From contig JALXBP010000073.1 in the NCBI GenBank assembly GCA_026991395.1, forward strand, positions 1-57,794: a stretch of DNA of 57,794 nucleotides, read 5' to 3'. Position 1 is the first letter of the stretch; each line of letters opens with the position of its first letter. Shown piece after piece: positions 56,701 to 57,794 of the stretch. This stretch comes from Anaerolineae bacterium. GTDB taxonomy: Bacteria; Chloroflexota; Anaerolineae; B4-G1; SLSP01. A program made the translations under genes and the position numbers. The notes under the pieces are model-generated. The model was not told the origin of the DNA. It worked only from the letters and a program-made list of their open reading frames with translations, and searched no databases.

Positions 56701-57548
56701 CGTTTCACCTCGCGGCGGGGAGTGAAGGAGCGTTTCCACTGGGCTTGCCACTTGCTGAAGGGGGAGGTGGAGGGCTGGGGCGGCGGGAAGAAGGCGAGGA
56801 GGAGGGATTCGAGGCGGGCGCGGTCCAGATCGCGGATGATGCGCCCGTTGTAGGCGACGGAAACGCTGCCGCGCTCCTCCGAGACGACGACGGCGATAGC
56901 GTCGCTGTTCTCCGTCGTGCCGATGGCGGCGCGGTGCCGCAGGCCGAGGTGGCGGTCATCGAGGAAGGCCGTCGTCAGCGGCATGATGCAGGCGGCGGCG
57001 GCGATGCGCTCCCCGCGCACGATCACCGCGCCGTCGTGCAGGACGGTGTGGTGATCGAAGATGGTGGTCAGCAACTCCGCCGAGAGCAGGCCGTCGATGA
57101 GGACGCCGGTATCGATGAACTCCTGCATACTCGATTCCCGTTCCAGCACGATGAGCGCGCCGATGCGATGGGCGGCCATCTGCATCACGGCGTCGATCAT
57201 CGGCGTGAGGATGCGGTGCGTGTTGTGCTGGGCAGCGGGGACGAGCGAGAAGAAGGTGCCGCGCCCCAATTGCTCCAGCGCGCGGCGCAGTTCCGGTTGG
57301 AAGATGACGGGAATGGCGACGAAGAGCGCGGGCAGAAGCTGGGCGACGAGCCAGGAGAAGGCCCGCAGCCGGACAACGCGGCTCAGCAGCGTGAGGATGA
57401 CCAGAAGGGCGGCAATGCCGCGCAGGAGAGGAGCGGCGCGGGTCCCGCGAAGGGCGTAGAAGATCCAGAAGAATAGCCCTGCGACCAGCAGGATATCCAC
57501 CAGATCGAGCCAGGAAAGCCGTTGGATCAGCCAGGAAAGTTCCCACAT
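56697..57548 (-). CDS. cdaA: Diadenylate cyclase CdaA
   Basis: 3 TMs, FQPELRRALEQLG, LHDGAV, GLRHRAAIG, VVSEERG. Confidence 0.96.
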   Translation of the reverse strand: MWELSWLIQRLSWLDLVDILLVAGLFFWIFYALRGTRAAPLLRGIAALLVILTLLSRVVRLRAFSWLVAQLLPALFVAIPVIFQPELRRALEQLGRGTFFSLVPAAQHNTHRILTPMIDAVMQMAAHRIGALIVLERESSMQEFIDTGVLIDGLLSAELLTTIFDHHTVLHDGAVIVRGERIAAAACIMPLTTAFLDDRHLGLRHRAAIGTTENSDAIAVVVSEERGSVSVAYNGRIIRDLDRARLESLLLAFFPPPQPSTSPFSKWQAQWKRSFTPRREVKR

Positions 57549-57581
57549 GGCCGTCGTTGTCGTTCCCTCCTCACGCTTGCC

Positions 57582-57794
57582 TCAGTCAGAGGCAGTCTCC
57601 TCTGCTTGCGCTTCATCCCCGGCGGCCTCCTCCGCGGTCGGAGGCGGGGGCGGCTCTTTGCCCGTCAACTCGCGGTAGAACTGGGCGTAATCGTCGTAGT
57701 TCGGCGGGTTGAGCGACAGGAGTTGTTCCACCGTCTTGACGGCTTCCTCCGTCAGCCCTGCGTCGAGTTGCAGGCCGCCGAGAATGTCCAGCTC
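57582..57794 (-). CDS. C-terminal fragment of a TPR-like protein (runs off window end)
   Basis: ELDILGGLQLDAGLTEEAVKTVEQLLSLNPPNYDDYAQFYRELTG...ETASD*; helical TPR-like pattern. Confidence 0.7.
   Translation of the reverse strand, partial: ELDILGGLQLDAGLTEEAVKTVEQLLSLNPPNYDDYAQFYRELTGKEPPPPPTAEEAAGDEAQAEETASD

Noticed and set aside
1439-56853. Many long overlapping ORFs (e.g. 1439-3307+, 6398-8656-, 8767-10704-, 20290-22182-, 44185-46113+, 50126-51901-)
   Set aside because: They overlap genes with clear family motifs and are expected stop-poor frames in high-GC DNA.

Overview
High-GC bacterial chromosomal segment, most likely Chloroflexota/Anaerolineae (inferred from Pro/Thr-rich lipoproteins, C-terminal YLPLVLR-type tails, REC-CpaE/MinD fusion, GT39 and SH3 proteins). 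Left part: LysM protein, two histidine kinases, tRNA-Phe, REC-ATPase, aminotransferase, uvrC, rplS. Between rplS and murJ (~12.2-28.6 kb) lies an accessory region with three large secreted beta-helix proteins, two hydrolases, an SDR, a NarL-type two-component system, an hsdR-like remnant and a duplicated 95-bp promoter. Right part is mostly housekeeping (murJ, NAPRTase, ferredoxin, SufR-like regulator, parB, malQ, ABC transporter, mpg, cdaAR). The most striking unannotated signal is at 38409-38712: two tandem, architecturally matching putative sRNA genes, each with 11-bp-phased CGTCA repeats, a -10 box, an anti-Shine-Dalgarno CCUCCUU motif and a CCGAGGGC hairpin. Also notable are the shared YLPxVLR C-terminal motif, including an orphan copy without a gene, and several degenerate enzymes. 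All functional calls come from motif recognition only; no database searches were run.
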